Positions 1 to 11,905 of a stretch of 64,000 nt of DNA are shown piece by piece (position 1 is the first letter of the stretch; each line of letters opens with the position of its first letter). This DNA comes from Botryllus schlosseri. Lineage: Eukaryota. Both the position numbers and the translations under genes were made by a program. The notes under the pieces were generated by a model. That model ran no database searches. It was not told the origin of the DNA and saw nothing but the letters and a program-made list of their open reading frames with translations. The stretch is taken from assembly GCA_051294905.1 (NCBI GenBank), contig CM119374.1, positions 21,638,001 to 21,702,000 of the forward strand. The letters run 5' to 3'.

Positions 1-2051
1 GTCAATATGTACTTCAGCATTGTGGCATTATGTGGCCCTAGTCATCACTAGGCATCGTGTTCATTAATATAGGATATCACTTCACTGAAATGTAGGGTTT
101 GAATTAGCAATATGACGTCATGTGATGTCATGAGGTTCATGTTCGCGTTCACGCAGAACCTTTCCAAGAGGTTCGCGTTCATACGAACCTGAACCTTTCA
201 GAGGTTCACACCATCCCTAATAGTGTTCGTTGCCTGCAAGTCCTCGTCGTGCATTCCCCTGCAAGTCCTCGTCGAAATTGTTGGCAAAGCGTCGGATGAT
301 ATTGATTTTATAGGATTATGGGACTATTATATCATTTGCATTGTGGTATTGTGGCATTGTGATGCAATCGAATTATGCTGCAATTTCGTACCGTAACTTG
401 GCATGATATTCATCATAAGTTTACAGCGGCTGCATAGCAGTGTAGCTACTATCTACGTGCTTTGCTCAACGTTTGCTACACGTGTGTTGTTTGTATTGAA
501 TTGTTAACTGGATTCTATTGCATCAAAAAGGGTCTGCTTCATCGTTTCCGGGATGGGTAAGATAAACCTTTCTAAAAAAATTTACCGATTGTATTATATG
601 TGTTGAGATGTTTCAATTGAGCATTTACACAACAATGGCATACATCACACTTGCGATTTGCGCTAATTGGCTGTACCAAAGTAACTATACCGTAATCCAC
701 GTAATAGCGAAAGTGTGTGACACAACGAAAGATTTGCATGCCCTATGCGGTATGGCAATCTATTATTAAACTGTCCGAGTTTCAAATCAGCAATCGAACC
801 ATTATTGGGAAGAACTTAATTAATTGAGTCGCCGCGGCTACTCATCATAACCGGGATTACTGATACCAACGGATGTTACCGTGATATCAGTAATCATGGT
901 ACCATGGCGGGGATACGGCGACACGTCAGCTCATTTACGCACGCCTCCGAAACAGTATACTGCCGTTCGAGTGACTTTGTACTTTATGAAACTAACATCA
1001 GCAGTACTAGTAGTAGAATCGTGCTAATGGCGCATATCACGTGAACAGCGTTAATGGGAATGACATTGGAAATGTACTGTCGACAAAGCTATTTTTAAAA
1101 ATAGCAGTTTCATTAATTTTGATTTCGCTCAAGACCATATTCAGTAAATTCTGCGCTCTTAAAGATTACTTATGAAATGGCCAGAAATCCTGCAGTCGAT
1201 TGCGCAAAACAATTCTGATTACAGCCTCAGCGAAGCGGAACGAAGCTGCAAAATCGGTCGTTGCCATTCCATGTTTACATTCTATACTCTATCACTTGGT
1301 CAAGTCTTTCCTTTATTTGGTGTGCCTCTACCTTGATGCTTCATCATGTCAGCTGTTGTTTCCCGATCAAGACCGCGGTGATGAATTAGTTTATGAGGGG
1401 AACTATTTCCACCATAAGTGATGTCAAATATTTCTAGAATATAAAATTCAGGAATAAGGAGGTTTTGAGAAATCAGAAACTGGATGATAGGTTTTAGCAA
1501 GATAAAATACTCAGTTACCTGCGGAGATCAGTGAAACTCTGAGCAACACTTTTGATGAAGTGATTTGACAATGATGCACACGGCTAGACTTCATGTAGAC
1601 GTATAGCTTTGTTTGTACAGGCGCGCATACGAAATCTAAATACGGACGAGCATTCGCATGGATCGCAGAACCCAGCCTTGTGACAAAAGGCCTGGTATCA
1701 TCTCAGAATGTGAAGTGGTTTTTAAGCCCACCAGTTTAAACCCTTCGATTCCAAATGCCACGTGATACTTATGGTCACCACCTGGAACTTGAAAGAGAAA
1801 GTGTTAGCGATTGCGTAGTATAGTGATACCAATTACCTACCGATAAATACATGAGCAATGAGCATATAGCATACCGGTGTGTGTTGTTATATTCCGGATG
1901 TCCCATCAGCATTTCAAGCATGTATCTCAATGCGACACAGTTAATTACTCCGGTATGTGTAGCAGGTAGCTTGCGTCTAATTTACTGCGTCCAAACTAAA
2001 ATTATTTCGTGGATTATCGCAGGGTTATAAGTAATTGTATGGCCTCGTATA

Positions 2052-3310
2052 CAGGGCCGTAACAGTACTTCGTCAGCCCCCCCAGAAAAAACTTTGGTCT
2101 TGGCCTCCCCATAGGGTTATAGATCGAGCCCCCCAGACCCCCCAGACCCCCCAGACCCCCCCAGACCCCCCTCCGGCGATACACTGCTCACCGCTATTCA
2201 CCATTTTCATTGGGAGTTTGTTTAGTGAAATAGCACTTGTAGCCTATGCGCGCGAAGCGCGGAAAATTTCTAGAATTCATGTTTTCATCGGTCAGTATGA
2301 TTGGTAATTGCATATATTGTGATCAATTTTTATCTTTTCTCTGCTCACGTAATCAGATTTGCCGGTAGAGCTGAGTGAGGTGTGTTTGAAAAGGTAGGAC
2401 CACTCAATAATATTTAAATATCTTCGGGCGTATACCCGTTGACAGGAACGAAACAGCACCTTGTCAGGCCCCAAAAACGTGGGTCTTGGGCTCCCATAGG
2501 GTGATAAAACGACCTCCCATCACGTTGTTCGCGTTTGTCACGACATTATCTGTACTGTATTGTTAGCCAGCGTGAAGCGCGAGAATTTTCGATCATTTAT
2601 GATAAAATCGCCCAATCAGATCGGCGATTGCATAAATAGTATGCTTTCAATTTATTGTCCTCTCTACTCACGTAATTAGATTTACCGGTAGAGCTGAGTG
2701 AAGTGAAAACGGGAGGGCCCGTAAATAATGATTAAACATCTTCGGGCGGGCGGATCCGTTGATATGACTTCGTTACATGATGTTATTTCGTGACTTCCAG
2801 TCTGCTATATCAAAAAAAAAATAGAATCGTTCAAATGTAGGCTTACTAAGAGACGTACACGATTTCAAATTGATATTTCTTCACTGGCATAAAATTTTTC
2901 CCAGCGGGATGGTATTTGTCTTGTGAGGTTCGGATTGCAAAGACAGGAACAAGCGGCGCCAGTCATTTAGGCGCCAATGGACAATTAAACCTATATGTAT
3001 TTTGTATAGCCTATATAACAAAGTCTTTGGTCTGCATAAGGGCATAGACCTTTTCGGCCAAGCTTTTCTCGCTGCCGATCGTTCTGGCACACATCTTGGA
3101 GTCGCATGTTATATGGCCTAAAACTTGATTGTATGTCTTGGTGGGTCGTGTCGCGGTAATGGCCCAAAACCCAACAATATAGAGAAATGCATTCGCATAC
3201 ATTTTTTAAAAATACTCTATCATTTATGCTAATTGACGAAATAATTTTGGGCCCCCTTCGAGCTCGGGCCCCCCAATTGGGGGGTTTGGGGTGCGGCCGT
3301 TACGGTGCTG
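2052..3310 (+). mobile_element. Non-autonomous hAT MITE, family 1 (CAGGGCCGTAAC ends)
   Basis: TIR CAGGGCCGTAAC / GTTACGGTGCTG; TSD CTCGTATA/CCCGTATA; empty site in block 2 at ~47680-47695. Confidence 0.9.
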
Positions 3311-5753
3311 CCCGTATAGATGATGCTATCCATTCCATCACGGCGACAAGAAACGGGCCTGTTGTGAAATGAATATTATACAAGTAAATCATTTCAGAGT
3401 GAAAATTCTTGAAACTTTCGTTACGTAAGGACTTTGGAATTCGCTTGTTACGCACGTTACTTCGATAATATGTTATCATTCCCGTGTTATTCACACGGAA
3501 ATCAGTTGGAGCGCGGCTTGAACCTGGCACTCAATTTCGTTGCATAAAACCGGAATCCACATTATATGATAAAAGAAGCTACAGTTAGATGCTAGTCCAA
3601 TGTGGTCAGGATCGGTACATGACAAAAATGTTCAACAGCGCGTTTTTTTTTATACGTGGTTCCTAAACTGTTTCGAACGAGACCCAAGTCCGAGAGTATA
3701 AACGTCTCACGTACAAACGTCAATCCCCGAAAATACATTTTTATGCCATTAAGCATCGTCGTATTTCCAGGTGTGTGTTGAATAGCAAAGTTATACAGTT
3801 GAAAGCAGTTGTAGTAAGCCAAATGATGTTGATGCCACTAACATAACTCCTATTCGCATCAAGTGGCACCGATTTATTGAGCACCTATACCGCCTATATC
3901 CACCTATATATACATATGTGGTAACCATGCTTTGTTTAGTCACATGCTCATTACAAGAAGGTTTCAAGCTAACGGACGACAACCTATGATTTCGCGAGAC
4001 AACGCATTGAACTGCTACACCCGTAGGCCTACCCCTCTAGACCATGCGCATTATTTCCATGGTTCTTCTGCGTGATGTTTGGTGATTTCTTTTATCCTAT
4101 TATGGAGCTTTCTATTATAGACCAAATTCCAGGCAAATCTTATTCTTACATCAAACCTAATTTTCTAATGCAAGGGCCGGCACACGTCTTATACTTTTCA
4201 AATCTCATGGGAAACTAAAAAATGTGTTCACTCGGGCAGTGTCGACAACAACACAGCTGTAAGGATTTGCATAATTATACACTAAAAACCAGTTGATTCT
4301 CATTAAGTCCAATTACAATTAACACAATGTGCGTCATGCAGCAGAGGTTTGTATTTCAAAACAGAACATGATGCGCGCTTTTGTAGGATTCTAGAATGCA
4401 AAGTATTTCCGTCAACTGTATTTGTTTATTTTCATTTACAGAAAAGTCAGCTGTTACGTAGATGGTGTTGGCAATTGGTTAAAGTCTGACAGCATGTTCC
4501 ATGTTCAAACCTCCGTGAAGTTGTAGTCTATTCCGAGACGGGTTTGTGCTAATCTGAGAAACCGTAACTCTAACTTCGGAACGCCTCCAAACTATATTTA
4601 CACGATTACAAGCTAGTTGCATGGCTCCGATTTAATCCGCGGTCAATTATTGTCGAGTGTCGACGCATGGTTGCGTAGTGGTTGCGAGGGTATATGAAGG
4701 TGAAGGGGTATGCAACAGACAGCTGATCCATAACTTGATTGCAATTACTGTTTGCAGTAATTTCGTCCGTGGTTTTGTTGATGAGCATGTCTGACTATTC
4801 GTAAGTGTTGAGCGGTCTCAAATATTGACAAGCTGATTGGAATTATAGTATTGACATATAATTACCAATCTTAACTACTCGATGTATTGGCTATACGCAA
4901 AGTCCAATTCACATCTATTCCGCTGAAGGTATTGTTGATTCAGTTTATACGACATTCATTCTTCAGTTGTGGTTCAATTCCAAAAACTGTTTAGAAAAAG
5001 CTGACTCAATGCCAAAGTACAATATATTTATGTCAGCATCGCTACCACTCAATTTAGCGTAAACATATCGCCCCTTATTTTCAATATGGTACAGTGTATG
5101 TGTATGATCATACGATTATCTTATGTGATCCTGTCTGCGACTTACAGAAATCACTAATATACAAAAAAAATTCCATGCCTACGAATCATCAGCTATTCAC
5201 GTTAGGAGGGTGGGTGCTCGAATATACATTATATGCAACCCAAGCTGCCATGTCCATGTGCAACGCTAGATGTTGCGGGTATGTGACGATGTTGTTTTTG
5301 ATCAATTAAATTTTGCTATGATCGTAAGCAACTTAGTTATTCTCGTTGCATTTTTATTGTTAGCAACTATACAATGTGTTGATCGAAATTAGAAATTAGG
5401 ATTTACCGAAGCTAGTGCTGAGGATAAGATAGTTTCAATCATACATCGTATCCGAGTGACCAGTTGTATAAAATATGTATTATCGATTCAACGTAGATGA
5501 GCTTTAATGCTTCGTTGTTACGTATGGTATTTCTAGAGTACAAAAATACACTTATTATGCAATCTAAGTAATGGTACAACAATACTTCCAATAATATATC
5601 CGTGGAACGTGACTGACCTGGCATATGTACTTGCTGCGTGTAACATTTAATCAAGCTGTTTGCGGATGTCGTCACGTTTCCGCGTTAAATAGTTTTCAAG
5701 TTAGCGCTCGAAATCGATATGTTGCTCGATATGCGTACTCGCTTTTATACCTA

Positions 5754-6045
5754 TAGTTGGGTAAGTATTCGGGCCTACCATACGGCAGTACAATGGTGGC
5801 ATCATGACGTGTGCATTGAGCCGAAACCCAACTCGGACCCTGCCTGAACCCGAAGGTCGACTGCTGCCTCACTTAAGCTCGAATATGTTATATCTTTGAT
5901 TATAAACAACTCGACATAATCGGGTGATCATCCGACCCATTTTAGGCCTTTTTTATTTTTTCCAACCGAAGTCGAGCTCCGGCCGGGACCGGATCATCTG
6001 AAATCCGACCCGAAACTAAAAAGTCCGGTGCGACTACCCGATCTA
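5754..6045. mobile_element. Old MITE with CCGACCCG-type repeats, predates the duplication
   Basis: Ends TAGTTGGGTAAGT / ACTACCCGATCTA; also present at 50780-51065 in block 2. Confidence 0.55.
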
Positions 6046-6680
6046 CGGCCTCCGTGTCTGAGGCCACAATACGTAAGCGACAACAATACAATCTACTACC
6101 GCAAAGTATATACCTTTACAATTCTTTATAGTTTACGGCCTATTAAGGTGTGCGGCAACATCGGACACGCAACAATATAGAGATCGTATGCATATCACAC
6201 TGACCAATAGGTAAAGTATGACAGGATATCAATTCACGATGAATAAGTAATGGACCGTAAGTAGAAGGGCTCTGGTAAACGATAGCGATAAAGAAGATTG
6301 TAAAGCTTTCTTAATCAATATGTGACCACCAAGGTTAGAAGTTAGCACGGCGCCTCTAGTAACACGGTGTCATCACGTAATATGCAGTTTGATTTCGTAA
6401 CATGAAGCAGAAACGTATAAATCTTATGCTACCCAATCACAATCAATCGTGGATTGCAGTGCTTACCCGCTGCAAAGTCGTCGGCACACAGAAAGTATGC
6501 CCTTCGTTTGGCGTCACAATCTTATTTCAAGACACCGCTTTATGAATAGCCCATAACATCGCAGTACAAACAAGGTACACAATAGGTGGGCCTACAAGAA
6601 TGTCCTTCTGTAGTCCCCGTGACGTATTACGTTGTTGTGGTGCCTCTGGTTGCGAGCGAAACTACTCACTAAATCCGCAA

Positions 6681-6761
6681 AACGAGAGTTTCCCGGTAAG
6701 TATCCGACGGAACGAGAGTTTCCGAGTACCGCGCGAGAAAAAGGGCTGGCGAGTATATAAA
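6681..6761 (+). promoter_or_regulatory. Putative core promoter of A1: tandem AACGAGAGTTTCC motifs, CGCGCG, TATA box
   Basis: AACGAGAGTTTCC at 6681 and 6711 (30-bp period); TATATAAA 77 bp before the ATG; conserved at 51696-51775 upstream of A2. Confidence 0.55.
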
Positions 6762-6830
6762 TCAGGCTGAGCGTGGAGCGAGTCAAATACTGGTTCAGCT
6801 ACCACGAGCGTTACTGAAAGAATATAGAAA

Positions 6831-7547
6831 ATGTTTAATAAACTTCACAGATGGAATGCTCCGGCTCCTCAAACCTACTCGGATGTCATCAATTCGCTAG
6901 AAGATGCAACTACGTTTAGCTTCACTGTCCGAAAAGAGCAGCGAGAGCCTTTCAGGCATACTTGCATCGAACTGCAATTCGACAATAAAGCCTGCTACAC
7001 CGTAAACCGACGGATACCCGACAAAACCTCACTGGCAGTGGCCGTGTTTGGAGCCGGTGCCGTTACCTACATCGAAAAAGCGAAGAGTGTTACATATCAA
7101 AACTGTGGGACGATATTCAAAAGTCAAAATAAATGGGAATCGGCAGCGGTCATAAGAAAATTACTGCAAGACGAACAAGAAGTATACAACCTTTGGGATA
7201 AAAATTGCCGAGACCATGTTACCAATATGGTGCTAAAAGCAATGAAAGACAAAACATGGGAATATACGTCGAGGTCTGACTTTTTAAATTTCGTCGAAAA
7301 AGTTCGGGAAGAAGACCGCCAGCGAGTCGCGGCCATTTTCATTTTTTACGCTTTTTCCATTTTACAAGTATCGTCTTCAATTTTTAGATTTAACGCCACT
7401 GTGGCATTAGCTTTATTTATATACGATAAATATTCGAGAAACATGATTACTTTGTTGGTGCTTTCGATAACGCCAGTAAACACGTTTAATACCGGTTTTA
7501 AAATGTGTTTCTTTCGCCAACTGCGAACTGTTGCTTCTATATTTTGA
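6831..7547 (+). CDS. Family copy A1: intronless permuted papain-like (PPPDE/DeSI- or LRAT-like) His-Cys protein with C-terminal membrane anchor, intact
   Basis: 238-aa ATG ORF. Motifs FRHTCIEL (His43) and YNLWDKNCRDH (Cys126); hydrophobic tail from residue ~166; TATATAAA at 6754-6761; AATAAA at 7647-7652; five paralogues in the window. Fold assignment is by motif resemblance only. Confidence 0.85.
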   Translation: MFNKLHRWNAPAPQTYSDVINSLEDATTFSFTVRKEQREPFRHTCIELQFDNKACYTVNRRIPDKTSLAVAVFGAGAVTYIEKAKSVTYQNCGTIFKSQNKWESAAVIRKLLQDEQEVYNLWDKNCRDHVTNMVLKAMKDKTWEYTSRSDFLNFVEKVREEDRQRVAAIFIFYAFSILQVSSSIFRFNATVALALFIYDKYSRNMITLLVLSITPVNTFNTGFKMCFFRQLRTVASIF

Positions 7548-7646
7548 ATGCTTCTGACAGTTAATTATTTCACCGACCAAGTGCGATTTTTACCAATCAA
7601 ATGTCCAGCTACTGTGTTATTCTATCACTGTGGTATTTATTACTCA

Positions 7647-7652
7647 AATAAA
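7647..7652 (+). terminator. Polyadenylation signal of A1 (equivalents at 40900-40905 and 52668-52673)
   Basis: AATAAA about 100-115 bp after the stop codon in all three intact copies. Confidence 0.6.
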
Positions 7653-8442
7653 TAATATTTTACACAAGAGACGCTACGTCTGCTGCAAAGTTTACCTATT
7701 GAAAACTAGATCATTATTCAACAAATGCCAGAATGAAACAGGGTTTCTGTCAATAGCAGTGGGTAGACTGCATGAGGATGAAGGGATATAGCATTGAGCA
7801 AAGCGGTTGCTATTCGCGACTGAAGTGTCTCATACACTTAGCTCTGTGAAACATCACTGGCTCCGAACCTCTGTATAGTGGTGCTCCAGTTTACCGTTTT
7901 GACAATGTTCCGTGGCCCGCCAGCTGACAATATGGGAAGATGTCTGTTTTTGAAAGATAGCCCCGAGTGGATAGGAGTTATAAATGAACCTTATATCACA
8001 TTTTATAAACCAGAACAATGCGCCAGCCTATATTTGGAGCGAATCCCCAAGAAAATCAGTTTAGTTGCTGTCGGATATACCTAATTATTATGTCCAAAGG
8101 GGAAGTCTGACCAAGTTTGTAAATTGATATGCATAGATAGAAGTTGATATCATTCGAGTAATCACACTTTAGGTGTCGGCATCCAGGGAGGCAAAGTTAT
8201 TGTGAAGTTTGAATTTCTTTAGAACGATATCTACCTCCAGACGATTCTACTAGTGATATACCGTCATTATAAGCCATTTGTTACGACAAAGAGTTCACTA
8301 CACTCAATTTCAATAATGCTTGCAATTAGAATGGGTATCATATTTGGCATGAATACACGATTGCCATTCACATATTTATTCAAAGAATCTATCTACATAG
8401 TTTAATTCGCGATTTGGAATCATCAGTCGCAATAATTACGAC

Positions 8443-9010
8443 CAGGGTTGTAATGACTCGAGTCCTACTCGAGTCACGATTTTCTGATGACTCGAATTGA
8501 CTCCAGTCAATTTTTCAAAATAGGGAAATGACTCGACTCGACACGAGTCAATCTGTGTATTGGCTCGACTTGGACTCGAGTCATTGCGTATGAATAGAAC
8601 CAAGTCATTGACTCGAGACTCAGACGGCCAAGAGCGACATTTCATTGTAATTCCGAAGCCAACACACTATTGAGATTGTGTCTGTTGGTACTGGTACTTG
8701 AAAATGCGACCAGAAACTGCTAGGAGTGAAGAAAATTGGTTTATTTTAAATGCGAACCATTCGATATCACCAAACAGAGTTATAAAAAGTGCGTTTACCA
8801 AGACGTTAACTTGAAACTAAGCAGTGAACACAATGACTTGGACTCGGACTCGAGTCATAATTCCATGACTCGGACTCGACCCTCTGCTCGCTGACTTGGA
8901 CTCGGACTTGACTCGGTGGTGAATTGAAATGACTCGACTTGACTCGAGTCCATACTATAAAAGTGAGATTGACTTGTGACTCGCAGCCTTGTAACTTGGT
9001 TACAACCCTG
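8443..9010. mobile_element. MITE with GACTCGAGTC subterminal repeats
   Basis: TIR CAGGGTTGTAA / TTACAACCCTG; many GACTC/GAGTC repeats; absent from block 2 (empty site ~53150). A related fragment lies near 41845-41975. Confidence 0.8.
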
Positions 9011-10938
9011 ATTAATACGACGGAAAAATTTCAGTAAATATGATTTGCTTTGTTTCAATATCAATAAGATTGATTAGTAGATGCGAAACCCCTAGTCTTC
9101 GACTGATCACATACTTGGATGGTTGATTTTGCAAAAAATGTATCTAATAATTCGAGTCCCTGAAAAGAGTAAATCCTCGACTGATAACTCTTTTTGAACC
9201 CACGCCTCCTCCAGGTATTAAGTAAATATAATTAGTACAGAATAACGTGTGAATTCAGCTCGATACAAATCTATAAGCGCAGTGAAATTAGTAAAAAACA
9301 GATGTGGTAAAGATGCCATATATAGTTTTCCACGCTAATATTCTTTCGTGTCTCGCAAAAGATTACGCTAAGTTTACACCAGCCCTCAAATGATGCCGAT
9401 TTAAAACCGCTGCATAACGCGTTGCTTGCGAAATACTAATATTAAATATTAAATACTATTCCTGTTAAAAGAGGATGTATATGGTAATCTTACCCTAATT
9501 ACTTATCGTTATCACCGGCGTCGAGCGTACGGAAGACGAGACTTGTTTCGCGCAATATACAATACTGAAGGACGACCTTACTATAGGAATAAGCAAGCGT
9601 ATGGTAACGTAACGAAAGTATGAAGTGTCTCAGCGTCTGGTATCTGAAGAATGCGCGAGCGTAACGGTGTCACTGCAACGTTAATTGAATTCTCGTAATC
9701 ACCAGCAGGTATACTATAGTGAATTTTGTGGAATGAATAATTGTAACACGTTTCTTTTACCCCGTCAGCGCGCAGAGTGGATGTATCACTGTACAGTACA
9801 CACTGTACACTGTATCATGACACAATTTTAGCGATTTGCCATTACGGAGAGGCACGCTCATAGTATGTCGAAATATCTTTTACAAAACGTCACTGCCATA
9901 TATATCGATGCCCCAATGATAAAAGTTCAAATTTCGGAGTGATTATGCACCTAATACCGTTATATACGATATTTACGTCAGTTGGTGTTATCTAATCTTC
10001 TATACCCGTGGTTCTCAAAGTGGGGGCGCGCACATTGGGTGGCGCGAAAGCATGTAAAGGGGGCGCACAGCCGCAGTCAACTGGAGATTTGATCGCGTTT
10101 TAGGCGATTTATCTCCAGCTCATTGTTATTGCTCTGTGTATAGACCGAATTCCATATTATATTGTTTACGTATGATCGGTATTTACACACTATGCAATGT
10201 GTGCACCACTGGTTCTCAACCCGGGCTCCGCGAAACCTCTTAATTTGTAAAATGGTTGAAAACCTAATTTGTATTTATTTAAATCAGGGAAATCATGAAG
10301 CAGTTTCGCTTCATAACGGCTAAAACGTCAGGACTAACATCAACAGAACTGTGTAAGTTCATTTTAATTGCCAAATTGGCAATAGCCTACTGATACGAAC
10401 ATATAGCTATTTCTAAATGTGTTTTTACAGTTTGTAAAAAATTAAAGAAAAAAGTTGGAGAAGTAAGGTCAATCATGGTGACCGCGAATATCTTTTTTTT
10501 CTCCGGTGATACACACAACGACACAACCTCTATTCCAAAATAACTTCAAGATGAGCTGCTAGAAAGAAATGACTCCAGGCTCAACGTTATATGTTCACTA
10601 AAATATGTTTCTCAATATCGCGCCACATATAGGCCTAGGCTGCGATTATAACCAAAGGTATAGTCGGAAGCGTTATGCGTTATGATTAGTAATGATTATA
10701 GTTTTGGTTTGTTGCATTTGCGTCATGCGGTTGTGGCAATCTAAGCATCCGTGGTAAGCTTGATAATTTTTTGAATGTATTTTTCAACTGCGTAAAAGGT
10801 TGCAAATCATATCAAAATGAATAACAGCATCAAAAGAAATAAAACGTAATTGTGTAATGAGATGCTGGGCAAGACGATATATCACACGTGTTCTACGCAG
10901 ATTTACCAATACGCCACTGTGGTTACGACTCTTTATTG

Positions 10939-11100
10939 TTGAATAGTATATTCACATTGAAATGAGCCCGAATATTTTTGGCTGACACTCGTCAGGGGTA
11001 ATCGTCAGCAACCAGTAGAGAATTAAAAAAAATCGTGTTCATTTCAATATGAATATACTATTCAATTGTATATTAAAGTTCTGTGCATCCTAGAAGTTGG
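10939..11100 (-). mobile_element. Penelope-like LTR fragment with mutated hammerhead
   Basis: ~85 bp near-identical to 31509-31593; absent in block 2; flanked by CTCTTTATTG/CTCTTTTTTG; internal 28-bp inverted repeat (10939-10966 vs 11038-11065); GAAA changed to AAAA. Confidence 0.6.
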
Positions 11101-11534
11101 CTCTTTTTTGATATAACAACTAAACAAGTAGAACATAAACAAAACGCTCTAGCCTGTAATAGTAAACCGTTAGCTGTTTGAGGTATTTAAAACATGAGAC
11201 AAGTTCCGCATATTATACAATGCAAATGACCGATATACATTGATTTATGATGTAGCAAGGGATATCTAGACGGCTACGTCACAGGGATACCTAGTTCTAG
11301 ATATCTCTGTGACGTAACTCAGCCGTCTCCGAATTACATCCTTCTTTCTACGCCGGTACAGTTGTTGGTAGCTAGGGAATGTGCCGAAAATAAGTGCATA
11401 CAAAACCGCGCGACGGTACTCTCTCGAATTGACCGGTATCACACGAATCTGGAGGGTATAAAAGAAGCACAAAATCAACATCTGTCGTCATTGGTTCACA
11501 CACGGTCGCACCGCCAACTGATTACTTCGTCATT

Positions 11535-11905
11535 ATGTTTCGCGAACTTCATCGACGGAGCTCTGACATGCCGCGAAATTGTTTTGATATTATATTCACA
11601 TTAGAGGAGTCTACGACTTTCTCGCTCACAATCCGCAAATAGTATGGCCCACCTATTCGACACACGTCAATAGAACTGCAATTCGACGGCAAAGCAAGCA
11701 ACACGGTAGATCGACGCATTGCAGCTCGCACAGTCACTCACATCGAGAACGCTAACGAAGTGACGTCGGAGAACTGCGGAATTGTGTTCCAGGGCAATGG
11801 CAAATATCATGTAACCCGTCCGGCAGTAACTGCAAAGACCTCGTCGCCACGACAGTGGCAAGAGAGATGGAAGGCAGACCCCAGAAATGGACATCATGGT
11901 ACGCT
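11535..11905 (+). pseudogene. Family copy B1, pseudogene
   Basis: ATG TTT CGC GAA CTT CAT CGA aligns with B2. Premature TAG at 11640-11642 (GAG in B2), an internal deletion near 11800, and a 3' end that is lost. Still reads IRHTSIEL and AAC TGC (NC) at 11828-11833; TATAAAA at 11457. Confidence 0.85.

Larger units (their letters stand above)
355..11905 (+). repeat. Segmental duplication, block 1 (carries A1 and B1)
   Basis: Collinear similarity to 45265-58180 at many anchors, e.g. 365 aatcgaattatgctgcaat = 45277, 9497 taattacttatcgttatcaccggcgtcgagcgtacg = 54070, and 10860 = 57325. Boundaries are approximate. Confidence 0.92.

Noticed and set aside
7101-7118. First NC motif (NCG.IF), conserved in all six copies, as the catalytic Cys
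   Set aside because: Its position matches the G-x-T strand of PPPDE-like folds, whereas Y-x-L-x-x-x-N-C is the canonical nucleophile context. Mutagenesis of both Cys would be decisive.
7626-7632. CACTGTG as a RAG/Transib recombination heptamer
   Set aside because: No nonamer at 12/23 spacing; it is better explained as a 3' UTR motif inherited among paralogues.
8443-9010. CRISPR-like or iteron-like array of GACTCGAGTC palindromes
   Set aside because: Irregular spacing, no unique spacers or cas genes, bounded by TIRs, and absent from the duplicate block: a MITE.
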